Positions 62,696-64,000 of a DNA stretch of 64,000 nucleotides are shown in pieces. The notes beneath the pieces are model-generated. The model searched no databases, was not told the DNA's origin, and saw nothing but the letters and a program-made list of their open reading frames with translations. Every line of letters starts with the position of its first letter. Positions within the stretch are counted from its first letter, which is position 1. The stretch is from NCBI GenBank assembly GCA_016719645.1, contig JADJYS010000009.1:108022-172021 (forward strand), read 5' to 3'. This DNA is from a bacterium. Lineage in GTDB: Bacteria; Krumholzibacteriota; Krumholzibacteriia; LZORAL124-64-63. The position numbers and the translations under genes are program-made.

Positions 62696-63436
62696 TCAGG
62701 GGCAGGCGAGAGGCGCGGCGTGGAAGGCGTCCGCCGCCGCGCCGTCGGGCGACGGGTGCAGGGCCGCGCAGGCCAACCCGTAGCGGGCGAGCCCGGGCGC
62801 GAGGTCGCAGGGCTGCAAGCCGGCCAGCACGTCCCGCAGGACCTGGCTCCCGTCGGCCCCGCCGCGGTTCGCCAGGCGCAGCGCGGCGACGGTCGGCACC
62901 AGGTGGGCCAGGGCCGCGCGGCAGAGGACCGCGCCGGGCTCGTCGCCGTCGCGCAGCACGGTCCGCTGCAGCAGCAGGGGGTCGACGACCAGGACGTCGA
63001 AGCGGCCGGCGGCCAGGGCCACCAGCGGCGAGGGGTCGCGGCGCCCCGGCAGCGGGATCGCGCCGCGCCAGGGGATGCGGATGATCCGGTCGTCGTGGAT
63101 CAGCGTGAGCCGGCCGTTGCCCGGCAGGGCGTCGGTGCGGCCGTCGGCGATGCGCAGCAGGTGGCGGCCCTCGAGGTAGACGGCGAGCACCTCGCCGCGG
63201 CGGCACATCAGCACGGTCTCGCCGCGCCCGACCGTCAGCTCGAGCCCGCGCCCGGCGGCGAAGCCGAGGTCGAACGGCCCCTCGATGGCATCGCCCCCGA
63301 CGGCATCGCCCCCGCCGGCATCGCCTTCGCCGTCGTCGCCGACGGGGCGCGCCGACCAGGCGATCGGCCGCGCGCGCGCGTCGCCGGTCTCCCAGGCGGC
63401 GCGCGGGTCCAGGGGGTGCCCGTCGCCGAACGTCAT
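62696..63436 (-). CDS. hypothetical protein (possibly SPFH/band-7-like fold)
   Basis: 246-aa ORF with GC3 bias consistent with coding. Weak resemblance to SPFH-type proteins (...GRHLLRIADG..., ...AAGRFDVLVVDPLLL...). It contains a 3 x 15-nt in-frame repeat (63287-63331). Confidence 0.5.
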   Translation of the reverse strand: MTFGDGHPLDPRAAWETGDARARPIAWSARPVGDDGEGDAGGGDAVGGDAIEGPFDLGFAAGRGLELTVGRGETVLMCRRGEVLAVYLEGRHLLRIADGRTDALPGNGRLTLIHDDRIIRIPWRGAIPLPGRRDPSPLVALAAGRFDVLVVDPLLLQRTVLRDGDEPGAVLCRAALAHLVPTVAALRLANRGGADGSQVLRDVLAGLQPCDLAPGLARYGLACAALHPSPDGAAADAFHAAPLACP

Positions 63437-63441
63437 GGCCG

Positions 63442-63984
63442 TCAGTCCTTGCGCCGGCCGGTGAAGGGGTTCAACCCGATCTCGGACTCCCAGCCCAGGC
63501 CGAGGCGCCGGTTGCGTTCCTCGGAGGCCTCGGCGAAGGCCTCCAGGAGCCCGCCCAGGCGCTGCGCCTCCTGCGTGAAGTCGTCGCCGGTGAGGGACGG
63601 CCTCAGCAGCGCGTGCACGCCGCGCCAGACCTGTTCGAGCAGCAGCACCAGCCGGCCGTCGATCTCGCCCAGCTCGCCGACGGTGCGCTCCAGCGGCCGC
63701 GCCAGGCGGATCGCGCCGCGCCGGTTCAGGTGCGTGATGAGCGCGCCGAGGTCCTCGGCCGTCTCCTCGAGGATCTCGTGCTGCTGCGGACCCAGCGCGC
63801 GGCCCCGCATCTCCACCGCCACGAGCAGCCGGCCCGCCAGGGTCTGCAGCAGCTGCGCCAGGCAGAGCCGGAAATCGCGCTCGCCGATCATCGCCGCCTG
63901 CGGCCGCAGGTAGGTCTCGTAGCGCGGCAGGGCGAGCAGGAGCTTCGCCATCTGGAACGGGTTGGCGGTCGCGGCGCGGGCCAT
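63442..63984 (-). CDS. hypothetical helical protein
   Basis: 180-aa ORF with SD GGAGAC upstream of ATG 63984. It is 6 nt upstream of and co-oriented with the following gene. I recognise no family. Confidence 0.5.
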   Translation of the reverse strand: MARAATANPFQMAKLLLALPRYETYLRPQAAMIGERDFRLCLAQLLQTLAGRLLVAVEMRGRALGPQQHEILEETAEDLGALITHLNRRGAIRLARPLERTVGELGEIDGRLVLLLEQVWRGVHALLRPSLTGDDFTQEAQRLGGLLEAFAEASEERNRRLGLGWESEIGLNPFTGRRKD

Positions 63985-64000
63985 GGCTGGTCTCCGGGTT

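Noticed and set aside
63287-63331. Three tandem 15-bp units (GGCATCGCCCCCGAC-like).
   Set aside because: They lie in frame inside the 62696..63436 ORF and encode a GGDA-type low-complexity stretch. There are only three units and no spacers, so this is not a CRISPR array or a regulatory repeat.
1-64000. A search by eye for rRNA, tRNA, tmRNA, CRISPR arrays and prophage blocks.
   Set aside because: I saw no cloverleaf-like or rRNA-like conserved segments, no regularly spaced direct repeats and no phage structural genes. A proper tRNAscan/Infernal/CRISPR scan is still needed to exclude small RNAs.

Overview
High-GC (about 70%) chromosomal segment from a diderm bacterium. Five unrelated secreted proteins share a C-terminal PNPFNP...SGVY domain, which suggests an FCB-superphylum relative (Gemmatimonadota- or Eisenbacteria-like MAG); this placement is inference only. 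I can support about 50 protein genes. Most very long ORFs in the six-frame track are antisense or off-frame artefacts of the GC content.

Main content:
- 1-2.3 kb: a B12-binding MerR regulator upstream of fasciclin and DUF4397 lipoprotein genes.
- 2.4-5.1 kb: a fused M16 peptidase.
- 5.2-9.8 kb: an AraC regulator plus a three-gene cluster of monohaem cytochrome c, DUF3373-like barrel and octahaem cytochrome.
- 10-23.6 kb: secreted and envelope proteins (M6 protease, LVIVD propeller, six-haem cytochrome), a YedF-like gene and rlmH.
- 23.7-25.2 kb: a decayed C69 dipeptidase.
- 27.9-31.3 kb: a porin / FMN-binding / PepSY-TM / porin operon.
- 33.2-43.8 kb: an 11-gene nuoABCDHIJKLMN operon with no nuoEFG.
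- 44.8-46.1 kb: a complete 1.2-kb IS with 26-bp inverted repeats; relic or miniature copies of its ends occur at three or more other loci.
- 46.1-49.7 kb: an S8 protease.
- 50.2-56.3 kb: a DUF2892-TolC-MFP-RND efflux operon.
- 56.4-64 kb: ispH, an ArsR-family regulator, rmuC, an HDOD protein, a selD gene with an in-frame UGA (selenocysteine) that the ORF track truncates, an Omp85-family barrel and two hypotheticals.

I saw no rRNA, tRNA or CRISPR array. All function calls come from motif recognition by eye and need HMM or BLAST confirmation.
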